From: the human T2T-CHM13v2.0 reference genome, Homo sapiens | Assembly (NCBI RefSeq): GCF_009914755.1 | Contig: NC_060929.1 | Reading direction: 5' to 3' (one strand) | DNA: 64,000 nucleotides | Shown: positions 1 through 13,343 of the stretch, one piece after another | Numbering within the stretch: position 1 is the first letter of the stretch | Layout: each line of letters begins with the position of its first letter | Program-made: the position numbers and the translations under genes | The notes under the pieces: generated by a model | Databases searched by the model: none | Told to the model about the DNA's origin: nothing | The model's input: the letters and a program-made list of their open reading frames with translations, nothing else

Positions 1-504
1 TGATTGACAACTCAACATATAGCCATTGTTCATTAAATTATCTGGTTTAAACAAAATAAATCTATTTAACAAATTATCTCTTATACTACGTCTGTGTTCC
101 CTAAATATTGACAGTCACTCAGAAATACCTATATTGCTATAGCTGGTTTCTCCTGGCACCAAAATATCATAGCTTGAAGAGTATTTAGAAGATTGCAATT
201 AATTTTACATTTGAAACCACCAAACTATCAATGGCAGATAAAAGTCCGTATCTTTGTAAAAACAAATCTCTATCCCAAAAATCATGCAAAATATATATCC
301 ATGTTAGAGAAAAAAATGCTGCTAAAATGCCAATGAATTTTTCAAATGTATTTGAACAGGAATGCAGCCGGTGCATCACCTGATAATAAGTACATAAGAT
401 GTAAAACGAAATATATTGTGTGATGAACCTATATATATATATTCTTAAAGACATCTTGAACCATCATAAAATCATATTAGTATTGATTTTTGTTTAAATA
501 AGCA

Positions 505-735
505 TTGCAGACTGAAATGCCTTCAGGGCATAGGCAAGTATCATAAATGTACGAAGGAGTCAGAAACAATTGAGAAGTGTTAGGACTCCACTTTATAGCA
601 CAATGTATGCCTTAACTAAAAACTGTTCACACTACATTAAAATCCAAATAAAAACCATGATAACCAAATTCAACACACAGGGGGCAGATTTTTATTCTCA
701 AACAAATAAAAGAGTCAGATTCGCACAAGAGGCTT
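505..735. mobile_element. Degraded hAT-Charlie MITE, MER102-like
   Basis: GCAGACTGAAATGCCTTCAGGGCATAGGCAAGTATCATAAATG resembles the MER102-type terminus and the element at 30612-30954; very diverged. Confidence 0.4.
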
Positions 736-1629
736 AGAGTTATATTCCTGCTTTAAAAAAGAGATAGTAATAGAAACTAAATACAGGAAGAAAATTTATT
801 TGAGAAGTTGAGGATGAACGAGGAACAAATGGAAACTTAATTAAATTCAATCACAGAGAAGTCCTGAAAAGTGTATTTTATAATTCAAAGGACATAGCCA
901 AGATACTTCCTCAGTTTTCCTCAAAGGAAAAAAAAATTGGAACGTTGATAGAAATGTTCTGAACTTTGACCCTAATAATGAAAATTCTATAATCACAGCT
1001 GAGAACCTGAAAAACGAAGACTCCTGGGACAAGGTTATCAATTTCAAATTCTTTCAACTTCTCTGTAGTAGGGACTTCAATGTAAAAAGGAAAAGAAAAA
1101 GAAGATGGAAGAGGAGAGGAAGAAAGAGAAAAAGGAAGTAGAGAAAAAAGATCAGAATTTTTTCTCTAGCCCATTGGTTCATGAGGTTTGACTGAGACAA
1201 ATATACCGATCAAATTTAGCATTCTCTGTATTGAGACAGTGAAAGCATGTGGTCAAAATTTTCTCCTGTCTGAATGGCCACATTCAATTTATTAATTCAT
1301 TTTAACTTCAAACAAATCAAATTATTTTCCTACACATCTAATCTGGTTGATTGCTAATCACTCATAAGATGACTGACAGGATGTGTCCCTATGGCCTCTC
1401 TGTCTAATCTCCATGGGATGGCTTGATTGGCTTGGGACTTCTATTAAACTGACATTTTACAGGCAAGGCTCTCATCTTATCTGTGAGGTTGTCTTATTCA
1501 TTATTTTCCGTTCTCTTTTTTCTTTTTTTTTTTTTTTGTTCTCTGTGGCTACATTTTAGCTATATGAGGTTTTAAAGAACATGGGTCATTCTCCAACATA
1601 GGCTCCAAGTCCTAGCCTTTGAGGTAGTT

Positions 1630-1790
1630 GTGGGATGTGGTTTTAGCTCCCTGTGTCTTAATACCTCCAACTGTATTAAGACATGGCTTTGAGCATGTTT
1701 TCTCAAGGTGATGATGAGGCTTCACTGCACTAACTAACTAAAAGAGCTGTGACACATAGGGGAGTGAGCACTCAGTAAGCATGTGTTCCT
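1630..1790 (+). mobile_element. MIR fragment
   Basis: Degraded MIR core and 3' end (..CTGTGTCTTAATACCTCCAACTGTA..GCACTCAGTAAGCATG). Confidence 0.5.
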
Positions 1791-2729
1791 TTTACACTCC
1801 TTACAACAAGAACTGGTAATTATAGCAAATCATCTTCAAGACTTTCAGAGCAACCCTGCTGATTACTAGAATCAATTCAAATGCTCTTTCTGGTCAGAAA
1901 TAAAAATTCTCAAACAAAGAAAGCTTAAATTAATGCCTGAGAGGAATCTGAGGATTCCGTCACTGGCCAAGAACAAGGGTAGCAGCTATTGTAAACATGG
2001 AGATCATAAAGAATTTGGCCTATGGTTCTTGAGAGTAGGTACAGAAGCTTCTTAAGTAACAGTAATGCTTTTCTGAAGGAAGTCAAAGGTGGGGTTCTGA
2101 CCACAGCTCAGAGAAACAAAGCCAGAAATTTCCAGTGAAAGAATTTCTATTCAGGTGGAATTGCTGACTAGCCATGAGATCATTTCTGAACACCAGTCAT
2201 AAAGCTGTGCCTAAAATATGCTTAACACATTCAATTGCAATCAGTAAAAGCCATAGTCTTTAAATTTCATGATCAGATGTACCAAAGGACCCTTGTTCCT
2301 CTAGTCAAGTGAGTAAGTGCTGGCGAATTACCAAAATCTAAATTTAATAAAATTGTATTAGTCACCTTCTGAGGTGTCATCTCAGAGTAATGCTGAGATC
2401 AAAACCCTGAGTTGAACATGTCAAACCAATTGCAGGATGCCAGGTGGCTTATGAAACAAAGAGAAACAACTGACATGATGGTCGGTGTGGCTCTGCTGGT
2501 AAAGGAAGAGCATATTTACATTTTGAGAGTCAAGACCCTGGCCTATCCCTCTTGTCCAAATATATTGTCTGCCAGACTCTGGGCTATATTTTGTGTTTGT
2601 GTGCTATCACTGGCACACAGCAGTCAGTGCTCAGTAAATATTTTAGGCCACTGGTCTATGCTATGAGTTAAGCAAAATCTTTATGGACACTGTCCTGGTA
2701 ACCAGGATGAAGTAGCAAAAGCAATTCAT

Positions 2730-2880
2730 TTAGGAGTCAGGAAAAATGATCTCTGAACTCAGCTTCTTAATCTGAATAATGGGAATAATGATAAATGCCT
2801 GGCCAGTAGCAAAGGATAGTTTTAAATATAATTTCAAAACATAAGACAGCAAGTCACACATTCTGAAACCCTATACAAAT
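2730..2880 (+). mobile_element. MIR fragment
   Basis: MIR core CTCTGAACTCAGCTTCTTAATCTGAATAATGGGAATAATGATA. Confidence 0.6.
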
Positions 2881-2884
2881 CTGG

Positions 2885-4530
2885 CATTTATTTAACAATT
2901 ATTTGTTATGCATATACCATGTGGCATGCACATTTTCCAGATTCCTAGAACAAATCAGAGAAAAAGAAAGAAATTAATCTGTGCTCTTATGAAGCTCACA
3001 TTCCAGCAGGGAAGAGAGGCAACAAGCAATAGATGTTAAAAAAGAAAAATTAAAGTAAATGTCACCAGGTATTAAAAGGAATAATTGTAATAAAAAGGTA
3101 GAGCCAGATGAAGAGGCTTAGGAGTACGGGGCTGGGGAGAGGATTGCAAAGTGAACTAGGAATGTCAGGTTAGAGTTAGTCTTTTTGTGAAGGTGACACT
3201 TGAGCAAAGCCTGGAAGGAGGTGGGGGAGTTGGACTTTCAGATATCTGCGGGGAAGCACTGCAGGTCAAATGAACACCCTAAGATAGGAGCACATAAACA
3301 GCGTGGGTGAAGCGGAGTAAGTTATGGGAAGAATGGTGATAGGTGGAGTCAGAGGTACTGTGATCCCGATCTTATAAAGCCCTGTAGGCCTTTGTAAGGA
3401 CTTTGGCTTTTACTTAGAGTAGAAAAGGAAGTCATTGCAAGATTTCTGACTGTAATTTTGAAAAACCTTTTTTTTCTTTGCCTACTGTTAAGAATAGATC
3501 ATAGCGGTGCTAAGAATATGAAAGAGAAGGCAGGTAGGAAGTGCTTGCAGTAATCCCAGAGAGGAAGATGGCTTTCTCCAGGATGGTAATAGTGGAGGTG
3601 GTGAGAAGTAACATGCTTCTGAGAGCATTTTGATGGCACAACCAAAAGAATTTTCTGATGGTTGAATGTGGGGTATGAGAAAGAGAGGAGTGAAGATGAC
3701 TCCAAGGTTTGGAACTTGATTAACTGAGAGAGAGTGCAGGTTTGGGGCATGGAACGACATTAAGAGTTCAGTTTGGGACATATTGGGTTTTATATCTCTA
3801 CTATACCTCTGATTGTAAGTGTTGAGTAGGCAGTTAATGACATGAATCTGGAGATCAAGAAAGTCTGGAGGTGTAAATTTGGAAGCCATCAACATATATG
3901 TGGTATTTAAATCCATGAGACCAAAAAAGATTGTTCTAATGGATTTAAATAAAGTGCAATGGGGAAGGAGAAGAAGAGACCTAAGGACTGAGCCGTGGGT
4001 AACTCTAATATTTAGTTTGTTGGACAGAGGAGGAGGAACCAGCAGAGAAGACTGAGAAGGAACAGCCACTGACACAGAAGAAAAATCAGGAGAACGTGGT
4101 GAACTAGAAGTGAAATAAAGGAAAAGTTTCAAGGAGGAGGAGCCAACTGTGTCAAATGCTAATGTTAGGTAGGTAAGATGAGAACCAAAATTGACCATTG
4201 GATTTGGCAACATGGTGGTAACTCGTAAGTCGGAGAGATTGGTCTGAACGGACAATGAAGGATAACAACTACAACACATACACAACCTCCAGGCCCATAT
4301 GTATGAGGACTGTGGGAGAAAAACAAACAAATAACAACAACAACAAAAAACCCAATCACTACCTCAGAGACATTGTAAGGAAAGTTGGGTTTGCATTAGA
4401 GTAAAAAGGTGAAAAGAATGTTCAGAGAAGAGGTTAAGGATCTAGGAGATTTTTTGACTTCAGACCATGAATTCTAGAAGACACAGTGGAAGGAGTTCAT
4501 GAATTGGGGAGTGATGGGAAAGGAGTGAGA
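2885..4530 (-). mobile_element. L2 (L2a-like) LINE relic, 3' end plus ORF2 reverse transcriptase region
   Basis: Reverse complement of the L2 3' tail at 2885-3010. Minus-strand translation shows RT motifs LTLAFDTV, VTHGSVL, KYHIYVDGFQIY (YADD box, alternate frame), KPNMSQTELL and NLGVIF. Upstream boundary approximate. Confidence 0.88.
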
Positions 4531-5159
4531 GGTCAAAACTGTGCAGAGCCCTGTGAGAATTCACGTGACAGATATAACAGGTGCCTGAGATTATGGACTT
4601 CTTTTGATGACTGGCAGGTCCTGGGATAACAGGCATAATGTAGTTAGGCCTGGTAGATTCAAGCATAGCATGTAGCAAAGCAGTAGATGTTAAGAGATTG
4701 GGAAGTCTGGGTGTATAGGCCTCCTTCTGAGCCCTACTGGCAGAGGCTATAAGGTTTGGGGAAGCTGTGGATAGTTGCAATCCAAAATGATTAATTTGGC
4801 CTTGACACTTCTGGGTAGAGTTGAGAGCCCTGAGGAATTTGCTTGTTTATGTAACTCACAATCTCTTCTTTACCCATGAGGAGAGTTGGAAAGCCTAGAA
4901 AAGACACAGGCAATGCCCTCATTTAAGAGTTCCCTTTAGACCTCTCTGAAGAAAGAACAGGAATTACCTCAAATACTTTTCCTTGTCTCTTGTTGATAGG
5001 ACTGAAGACTTCTGGGGAAGCCACATATCATTTCTATCATTTGGATGCAAAGGATGGGAACCAAAGACCTTAAAGAAAGTGTGGTCTCAAAAAGATATTA
5101 TTAGTTGAAGATATTCCCTAAATAAATGGAATATGGAGGTGTGGGCTAGGAGAAGGGAC

Positions 5160-5325
5160 ATAATATTCATTGAGTGGCTATTATGTGTTAAGTTACTAAA
5201 CATATATGTTACATTCCTTTTAATCTAGCAATGTTATAGTTAAGTAGAAATGGTCATCCCTGTTATAAACACATTACATGCTTGAGCAGCTAACTCTGGG
5301 ATTTGATATAAGGTCTAATTCTATG
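5160..5325 (-). mobile_element. MIR fragment
   Basis: TATTCATTGAGTGGCTATTATGTG...CTGGGATTTGATATAAGGTCT matches antisense MIR. Confidence 0.6.
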
Positions 5326-5850
5326 AAAATGTTGACAGGATCATTTTCCATATGGATTTCCATTCTTGTGGTGATACATACTGTTGTTAGTGTATCTAAT
5401 TCCAAATATTTTATGAGTTGCTATGCATTTTCAGTAATTATTCCAAGTGTCTAGTATCTAGGCTGATTTTCAATGTTTGTTCATTGATTGAGTGGTTTGT
5501 TAATTCAGTCTTTTTTTTTCATTCAACAAATATGGGTGTTTACTATGTATAAAGCACCATAAATTTCTTCCATCACAGTTTTCATTAGCTGTCCAACTTG
5601 GTTGACTGAATCTCATTTTGTTTTCATCTTTAATTTAAACTTTTTTACATATCAATGCTAAATGTTAGAAATTCCTTAAATATTACAGAATCAGAGAAAA
5701 AAGTCCACCTTCAAAATAACTCCAATATTTAAAAATATTGGGTGTGTGATGTATTTATTTGAAACATGCAATATGGTTTTATGTTTTAACAATTTACTCT
5801 TCCTTAATTTGTAAATGTGTTTACTCATTCTACCAATTCACTAAAAACTC

Positions 5851-6120
5851 CAGTGCAAGGATTAAGAGTTACTGCTATGAAGTCAGGCAGACCTGATTTA
5901 GAATCCTAGCTCTACACATACTGACTGTGTAAATTTCAGCAAATTTCTGAAACTCTCTAAGCTTCAGTGTCTTCATCTGTTAAATGTTAATAACAATAAT
6001 ACCTACTTTACAGTGTTCTTGTAAAAACTAAAGAAGGTAGTGTGTGAAAACCTTGTAGCACGGTGCCTGAAGCATATCAACATTTCACTAAATGTTATCT
6101 AATATTATTACTATTATTTT
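5851..6120 (+). mobile_element. Near full-length MIR
   Basis: tRNA-like head GGATTAAGAG..AGTCAGGCAGACCTG..GAATCCTAGCTCT, core CTCTCTAAGCTTCAGTGTCTTCATCTGTTAAATG, tail TAAATGTTATCTAATATTATTA. Confidence 0.9.
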
Positions 6121-6129
6121 TATTAATTC

Positions 6130-6350
6130 AAAAACATTGTGGACAATATAAAAATAGATGATACCTGGTCCCTAGCACCAAGGAGCTTATAATTCAGAAG
6201 AGAAAACAAGATGTATACAAATAATCATAGTTGGCAGTATAAATGCCATAAAAAGGTTTAGATCAAATGCAGAGGAAGAAGAAATTGCTTCTTCCCTAAA
6301 TAATCAGGGAAGATTTTGGTTGAGGTTGACCATTCATTCACAGTTCTTGA
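6130..6350 (-). mobile_element. L2 3' fragment
   Basis: CCTGGTCCCTAGCACCAAGGAGCTTATAATTCAG typical of antisense L2 3' region. Confidence 0.6.
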
Positions 6351-7409
6351 ATTGAACATTAGCTACAGGTTGAAGGATAATGAAAGTGAATCTAGAGATT
6401 TAAGGGATGATACCAGACTGACAGTAGCCATCCAGCAATGTCAATCTAGAGAAGAATTGTGGTATCCAGGGGCAAAGCCAGGTTCCAATACCTGCTTATG
6501 AGGATGAGAAGTTGCAGGAACTGAAAGGAATGAATTTCAGAATCAGAGTTATGAACCAAAGCCAGGTTGAAAGCTAGAGGAAGCATATAAGACACCAAGA
6601 TTTGTTGTGGACTCAGGTACCAGAACCTATTTTCAGCACTAAATTTCCTTGCATAGATTTCCTTTTAAAAGAGCAAGAGCACACTTTCACAGTCACACTG
6701 TCTTTCATCCTAAAAGAAATCATTTGCCATTGGCCAGGCAGAGTTTTGGAAAGGAGATGTCTGTAGTTAGGGCGGATTCCAAATGAGAGTAATGGCACAA
6801 GCAAGAGTGCAGGGAATGGGAAAGTATGAGAAATGGTCATTCTTCTTTGTAGAACTTTAGGATTCACTCAAAAAAGAAAACCGTCTATGTAAAGCAATAA
6901 TTATTTGGGGCAAAGTGAGATTTTAGAAATCAACTCGCTGTTTGCCTTTGACTTACATTGTATTTCAGAGTTGCGCTCTGTAAAGACTGTTTTGTGCCAT
7001 TCTTTTAGCCTCCCTGCCCATTAGATGCTGTTATTTTTGTCTTGGGCTCATTAAACAAAGTACTGGTGGGGTATAGGCTCTGGCTTCCCTTGAAAGTGAC
7101 TTCATCTATTGTAATCATGTTGTGCGATAATGTAACAGTAAGCTCTCTGTCAGAGCTCTGAGTCCTAAAATAGACCGGCAGGACCTCGCTTTCTTAGCCT
7201 GAGCATGTCACTATTGTACTTTGGTTCTGACAGTGCTGGCAAGGAAACCCAGAGGTGGAGCTCAATCCGTTTGTTCTCATCTCAAAGAACTTATAATATA
7301 CTAAAAGCACTCCCAAAGGAAGCAAATGCTCATATAGAGCCCAGACTTTATTTCAAAGACATGAGGCACAAAGACTGCCTAGTTATACAGGAAAGAGAAA
7401 CTCACTTTA

Positions 7410-7657
7410 GAGGCCGGATTGCCTCCTGGTTAAGAGCACAGAGTCAGACCAACTTGGGCAGAATTCTATGTCTACCACCAGGAACCACAGATAAACTAAT
7501 TATCCTCTCAAAACCTCAGTTCCTCGTCTATAAGATAGAGAATTGTAACACCTATCTCAGAGGGTTATTGCCGAAAGGATATATAATGTAATGTATGCAG
7601 AGCATTTAGCTCTTAGCTTGGCACATAGTAAACATTCAACAGATTGCTGCTATTATT
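7410..7657 (+). mobile_element. MIR
   Basis: TGGTTAAGAGCACAGAGTCAGAC..CCTCAGTTCCTCGTCTATAAGATAGAG..TGGCACATAGTAAACATTCAACA. Confidence 0.88.
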
Positions 7658-8171
7658 CATTCATAGACCCAAGAGGAATCTATATTGCAAAAGGAGTCAA
7701 TGACTCAACACATATCTGGTTATAAAATTGGTTTCATACTAAACTAAGCTAAACAAGAGTTCATTGCATACCGAGACTGGTTAAAAACATGACTTAAGAA
7801 TTAGTAAGATTAGCAGAGTGTGTCCCAGGAAGAAGTTTCCCAAAGGTTGAAGGGCTCACAGAAGCTCTCCGTGGTCACTCTGTGATGATCTCTACCCTAT
7901 TCTTGGAACTTCACGTCCCCACAGCCCTGCAGTACTTTTCCACTGGCAAAGAGGGCTTACAATCCTGGCACTTTGAATTAAAGGTCATTGAAGTGTTGGG
8001 TCCCAGTATTCTCAGACCAGAGGGAGAACAGACCTGGCCATCTAAGTATGTGATACCACACTCTTAAAGAGCTACTCATTATCCAGTGAAATCAATCATT
8101 TAAGTAAAAAGAAGAGCTGGTGAATTTTTTTAAAAAGCAACTGAATCACAAAGAAGTGCATATGGAATAGA

Positions 8172-8330
8172 TTAAGTGATCAGCATCACCTAGGTCCTTG
8201 TTAAAAATGCACATTCCTGGACTTCTACTGAATCAGAGCTTCTGAGCACATGGAGTCTCAGAACCTGTATTTTAAACAAGCACCCCCATGTGCTTCTGGT
8301 TTAAGTGGTCCCCACTTTGAGAATCACTGG
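8172..8330. mobile_element. MER5-family hAT-Charlie MITE
   Basis: ATCAGCATCACCTAGG..TGTTAAAAATGCACATTCCTGG..CTACTGAATCAGA..TTTTAAACAAGC..CACTTTGAGAATCACTG. Confidence 0.85.
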
Positions 8331-10420
8331 TTTAAGTAAAGCTTACATATGCTGGGGAAAATCTGGAGGGAGTTCTACCTACAAGGCAGCCCAAATGACT
8401 GAAGCCATTAAAAAATACAAATAAAGCCTATTTCAACTAAAGCAATGTAGATGAGGAAAGGGTTGTGTTCTTTAGTAAGCCAGAAGTGAATTTTATTATT
8501 ATTTAGAATGGTGGAAGATAATTAATCAATTTGGCTGGAACGCCATTTTGGATACTACTGCAGCAGCTTCTGAGATATGTCAATTTTATTCACAAGGAGC
8601 AATAATATAAGGCAATTTATTTTTCTAGGCCATTCATGCTTTAATGTACCCAATATTTATCAGCTCTTTGCAGTGTAAGTAATAAAAAGCAAATTAAAAC
8701 AAATAAGAAATAAGAGCTGAGAAAGTAGTCAGTCCTCTTTTTCTCTATGATTAAAATTAAAATTCTATCTGGACATAATATTTTTGTAAGCTTTAAGGCA
8801 GGGCAATTTGCATCTTCCTGGCTTTTTCCCCTGTTCTGTTCACCTCTGTTATCAGGATGACGTTATTTATTTAATTTTTTTCAAGATCGCCATGTGTTTA
8901 TTATGAAGATTTCTTTTTAATTGCTTGAATACAATCTTATGCTTCAGCCAGAACACAAGATGGTATAATAGATAACAGTATTAATTGTCATCATTTATGA
9001 GTGAAATCTGGGCACTGATTTAGATAGGGCAATGGGAGCAATGATATTTTTCCTTAAAAACAATGACATTTCTGTGATTTTGTACTTGCTTTACTGGGGT
9101 TGAGGATTTTTTTTAAGTGTAATGATAAAATATTGTGATAGATGGCAGTTCGTCTCTCTTAATTGCACTAAAAGCAAAACACTTATTCCTAAGGAATAGT
9201 TGTGGCTTATACAAATACAAATCTCTTTCTTTTCAATATAGAGTAAGCCACTCTCCATTTAAAGGATCAGTTCGTGTACAATCACAGTCCCTGGTAGTCT
9301 GCCAAACACAATAGGGGCATTAATTAACATGTGCTGGGGGATTCATCAACATGCACAGTGGTAGCATGCAATTGGAGCCTTTTTTTCCTCCCCTTCCCTC
9401 TCTACGTTGGCAGAATTCATGAAAGATCTACTCTAGTATGTAAATCAGTTCTTGCTAAACGCCTTGTAATGGAGTTCCTTTATTTTTCAAAGCTGTTGTC
9501 AGAGCTACTCACATACCCTAGAAAGACACTTACTCTGTCTCTTTCTCATGTTTAAAACCCAACTACAGTGGGCAAAAATAACATATTTGTTTACTTGTCA
9601 TGCAGTCTGCACTGTAAATAAATCATCTGATAAATTACTTCCCAAAAAAGAACAGAATGAGATTCATTTCCTTTAATGTTGTACCGGTGGGGATGGCAGA
9701 ATTATTCTCCCTGTTAGCCCAGGGTGACAGTATGCTGGTCTGCTAACTTACCTGAGTGTTGAGAGAAGCACTAAATTTAGCGTCTACCACCTGGCACGAG
9801 TAGGTGAAAAAAATGAGGAGTAAATTTGATTTAAATTACTTCTCAGTTGGGTCTTTGGTTTGTCTTACCTTGCTAAGCCCTCACTGACTGATTTCAGTAC
9901 CTTTTGCATGTTCTTTGAGATCTAGATATGGGTTAATCACTCAGATCTGTAAGAACCAGACTTTGGACAATAGAAAATCTGCCCTCTAGAAGTAAAGAAA
10001 ATGAAATCAAGGAAATAGAAAATTGTATCTTTATTTTCCACTTCTGAAAAAATGTATACATGTTTCAATTTAATTTGAGTTTTAGATTGTATAATTTGTG
10101 GCTAGTTCTTATTTTAAAAAATGAAATAATATATGTAAAGTGCTTAGCAAAGTACCTAAAATAAATGCCTAGTAAATGGCAGTAGAAATTATCCTTCGAG
10201 GTGGTGTTGGAGGTGTTATTATTATCATTTATTTTCTTTTATAGCCTGGAAATCACTAGTATTATAAAAAGTACAATGCAAATTTTATGTTTTAATCATT
10301 TTCAATATATATTAATAAAAGGCTTAGTTTTAGCATGTAGAGGAGATGTAGAATTTGAAGGTTCAATTTGATCATCTCAGCTGTTCCGTAAATGTGTGTA
10401 CTTTATATGACTGCTTAAAG

Positions 10421-10638
10421 AGAGGCAGTTTAGTGATTCAGATGTCTTTAGAGTTATGCACACCTGGTTTCCATCTCAGTTCTACCATCGTGTGACCTTG
10501 AGCAAATTATTTAACTGCACCAAGGCTCAGTTTCCTCTTTTGTAAAATAGAAATAATGGTTGTAAAGATCCAGTGGGATGACATGTGTCAAACATTTGAC
10601 AGTATCCTGGCACACAAAAATGACTCAATCATTGGTAG
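10421..10638 (+). mobile_element. MIR
   Basis: GTGTGACCTTGAGCAAATTATTTAAC..CTCAGTTTCCTCTTTTGTAAAATAG..CCTGGCACACA. Confidence 0.85.
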
Positions 10639-11717
10639 AGACACACTCTTAATGTGCCAAAAACTTTCCTTTTCTTATGCTGAAAGACACAGGGAGGATT
10701 CTTTAATCCCCATCAGGGGTGCGATTGCCGTCTTTTCCTCTTACAAAGAGCAGGTTCTCCTGCCCACTAACGCTCGGAGGAGCTGAGAAAACAAGCCATC
10801 TAGAAGCATTCCATGTTGTTGCCTTCTCCTCGATTATTCCCTGAGATTTACATTAGTATGTCATTAGCAGTCAATGAGAGTCAGATAATTAAAGCTGCTT
10901 TCATTTAAAACAAAAGCAAAACCAACCACTTTTAATAAATAGAAAATTCTGAAAAATTAAAATTTAAAAGTGAAAAATTATCTGTATACATTTTTCTCTT
11001 ACTGGATATTTTTAGGAAAACAGGAAAATACCTCTGTTTCATAAGCTTTCATTCTATCATGAATTCCAGCATATTTATTTAAAAATTTTTTGGAAATGAT
11101 AGAATATTTGTGGCAGTATTAATACTATATTTCCTTAAAATATGAAAAATTAGTTATACTATAAGTGGTTTTTCACTGAGAACATTTTTTGGCTATTAAC
11201 ACAAGTGTTTTGATATGCTTCTATGGATCCATTTCTTCCTAAAGCTCTATTTATATCATATTTGATTTGTGAGATATTAAATTATATCTCAGATATACTT
11301 TTATCTATAATAAGAAATTACAGGGTAATTTTACTACATTGAATTTAAACAGATTAAAAAATATGACTGAACTTGGATTTTATGTGGAAAAGAGGTTCAG
11401 CATTGTAGCCTATGTTCCTCATCCTCAGCTGTTATCAGTATGAGGAAGTAAAGTTAGCTCTATAGGAAAAAGCTTTCGGAGGAAGACCATTATTCTTTTA
11501 TGAGAAAACAGAGCATCCATTATGCTTCATATTTATTATTTCATTGCTTCGAGTAGATTTATTTATTTTACTTTATTTTTATTTATTATTAATATTTTTT
11601 GATTGACAAATCATAATTATATATATTTATGGGGTACAAGGTGATGTTTTGATATATGTATTCAATGTGGCATGATGAAATTAAACTATCATATCCATCA
11701 CATCACTTACCTATCAC

Positions 11718-12037
11718 TTTTTGTTTGTTTGTTTGTTTGTTTGTTTGTTTTTTGAGACGGAGTCTCACTCTTGTCACCGAGGCTGGAGTGCAGTGGCGTG
11801 ACCTCGGGTCACTGCAACCTCCGCCCCCTGATTCAAGCGATTCTCCTGCCTCAGCCTCCTGAGTAGCTGGGATTACAGGCGCCTGCCACCGTGCCGTGCC
11901 CGGATAATTTTTGTAACTTTTTTAGTAGAGACAGGGTTTCACCATCTTGGCCAGGCTGGTCTTGAACTCATAACCTCATGATCCACCCGCCTCAGCCTCC
12001 CAAAGTGCTGGGATTACAGGTGTAAGCACGCCCAGCC
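11718..12037 (-). mobile_element. AluS (Sg/Sc-like) inserted in L1, with (GTTT)n tail
   Basis: Full Alu dimer antisense; target-site duplication (TSD) CACTTACCTATCA at 11704-11716 and 12038-12050. Confidence 0.97.
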
Positions 12038-13066
12038 CACTTACCTATCATTTTTTAAGGTGAGAAATTTAAAATCTACTCTCTAAGTTATTTTGGAATA
12101 TATAATACATTATTTTTGACTATAGTCACCCTGCTGTGCAATGTCTTTCAAAACCTATTCCCCTGGTCTATCTAAGCTTTGTACCCTTTGATCAACAATT
12201 TACCATTCCCTCTCTCCTTTTTCTTTTCCCCCAGTCTCTGGAAGCCATCATTCTACTCTCTACTTTTATGAGTTGCACTTTATCAGATTCCACATATAAG
12301 TGACATCATCTGGTATTTGTCTTTCTGTGCCTGGCTTGTTTACTTATCATAATGTCCTCCAAATTCATCCATGTTATCACAAATGACAAAACTCCCCATT
12401 CTTAAAGGTTGAATAGTATTCCATCGTGTGTATACACATTTTCTTTATCCATTCTTCTACTGATGAACACTTAGGTTGTTACCATATCTGGACTATTGTG
12501 AATAATGCTGCAATGAACATGAGAGTGCAGTTATTTCTTCAATATATTGATTTCTGTTCCTGTGGATATATACCTACAAGTGGAATCACCGGGTTGTATG
12601 GTAGTTCTACTTTAAGTTTTCTGAGGAACTTAATTTACATTCCTACCAACAATGTATAAGGATTGCCTTTTCTCTGCATCCTCTCTAATGCTTATACTTC
12701 ATCTTTTAAATAAAAGCCATCCTAACAGGAGTAAGGTTATCTTATCATGGTTTTAATTTATATTTCCCTAATTAGTGAGTGATACTGAGCATTTTAAAAT
12801 GTATCTATTGACCATTTGTGTGTCTTCTTTTGAGAAATGTCTGTTCAGGACCTTTGTCGAGTTTTAACTGGATTGTTTTCTTACTATTGAGTTGTTTGAG
12901 TTTCTTATATATTTTGGATATAGACCCCTTATTAGGTATATGGTTTGCAAATATTCCCTCCCATTCTGTGGGTTGTGTCTTTACTCTGTTGGCTATTTCC
13001 TTTGCTGTGCAGAAACTTTTTGTCTGAAGTTATCCCATTTATCTATTTGTGCTTTTGTTGCTTGTG

Positions 13067-13343
13067 ACACAAAAATAGTTAGAATAGGCCACAAAAAATA
13101 ATGAAAGAATGAATAAGACTTAGTATTTGCTAGCACAATGGGTGACTCTAGTCAAAAATAATTTAATTGTACATTTAAAAAGAAGAGTATAATTGAATCA
13201 TTTATAACACATAGGAGAAATGCATGAGGTGATGGATATCCCATTTACCCTGATATGATTATTATGCATTACATGCTTGCATCAAAATAGCTTGTGCAAC
13301 CCATAAATATATACATATACTATGTACCCAAAAAATTAAAAAA
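13067..13343 (+). mobile_element. L1MA 3' end inserted in the antisense L1
   Basis: GAATGAATAAGACTTAGTATTTG..GGTGACTCTAGTCAAAAATAATTTAATTGTAC..CCCATTTACCCTGAT..CTATGTACCCA-polyA. Confidence 0.85.

Noticed and set aside
4460-4780. 106-aa minus-strand ORF next to the L2 ORF
   Set aside because: Non-ATG start, no recognisable motif, and length within chance expectation
7205-7591. 128-aa plus-strand ORF
   Set aside because: The C-terminal half is translated MIR; no recognisable domain or exon structure
12426-13101. Several ORFs of about 70 aa
   Set aside because: Antisense translations of L1; common artefacts
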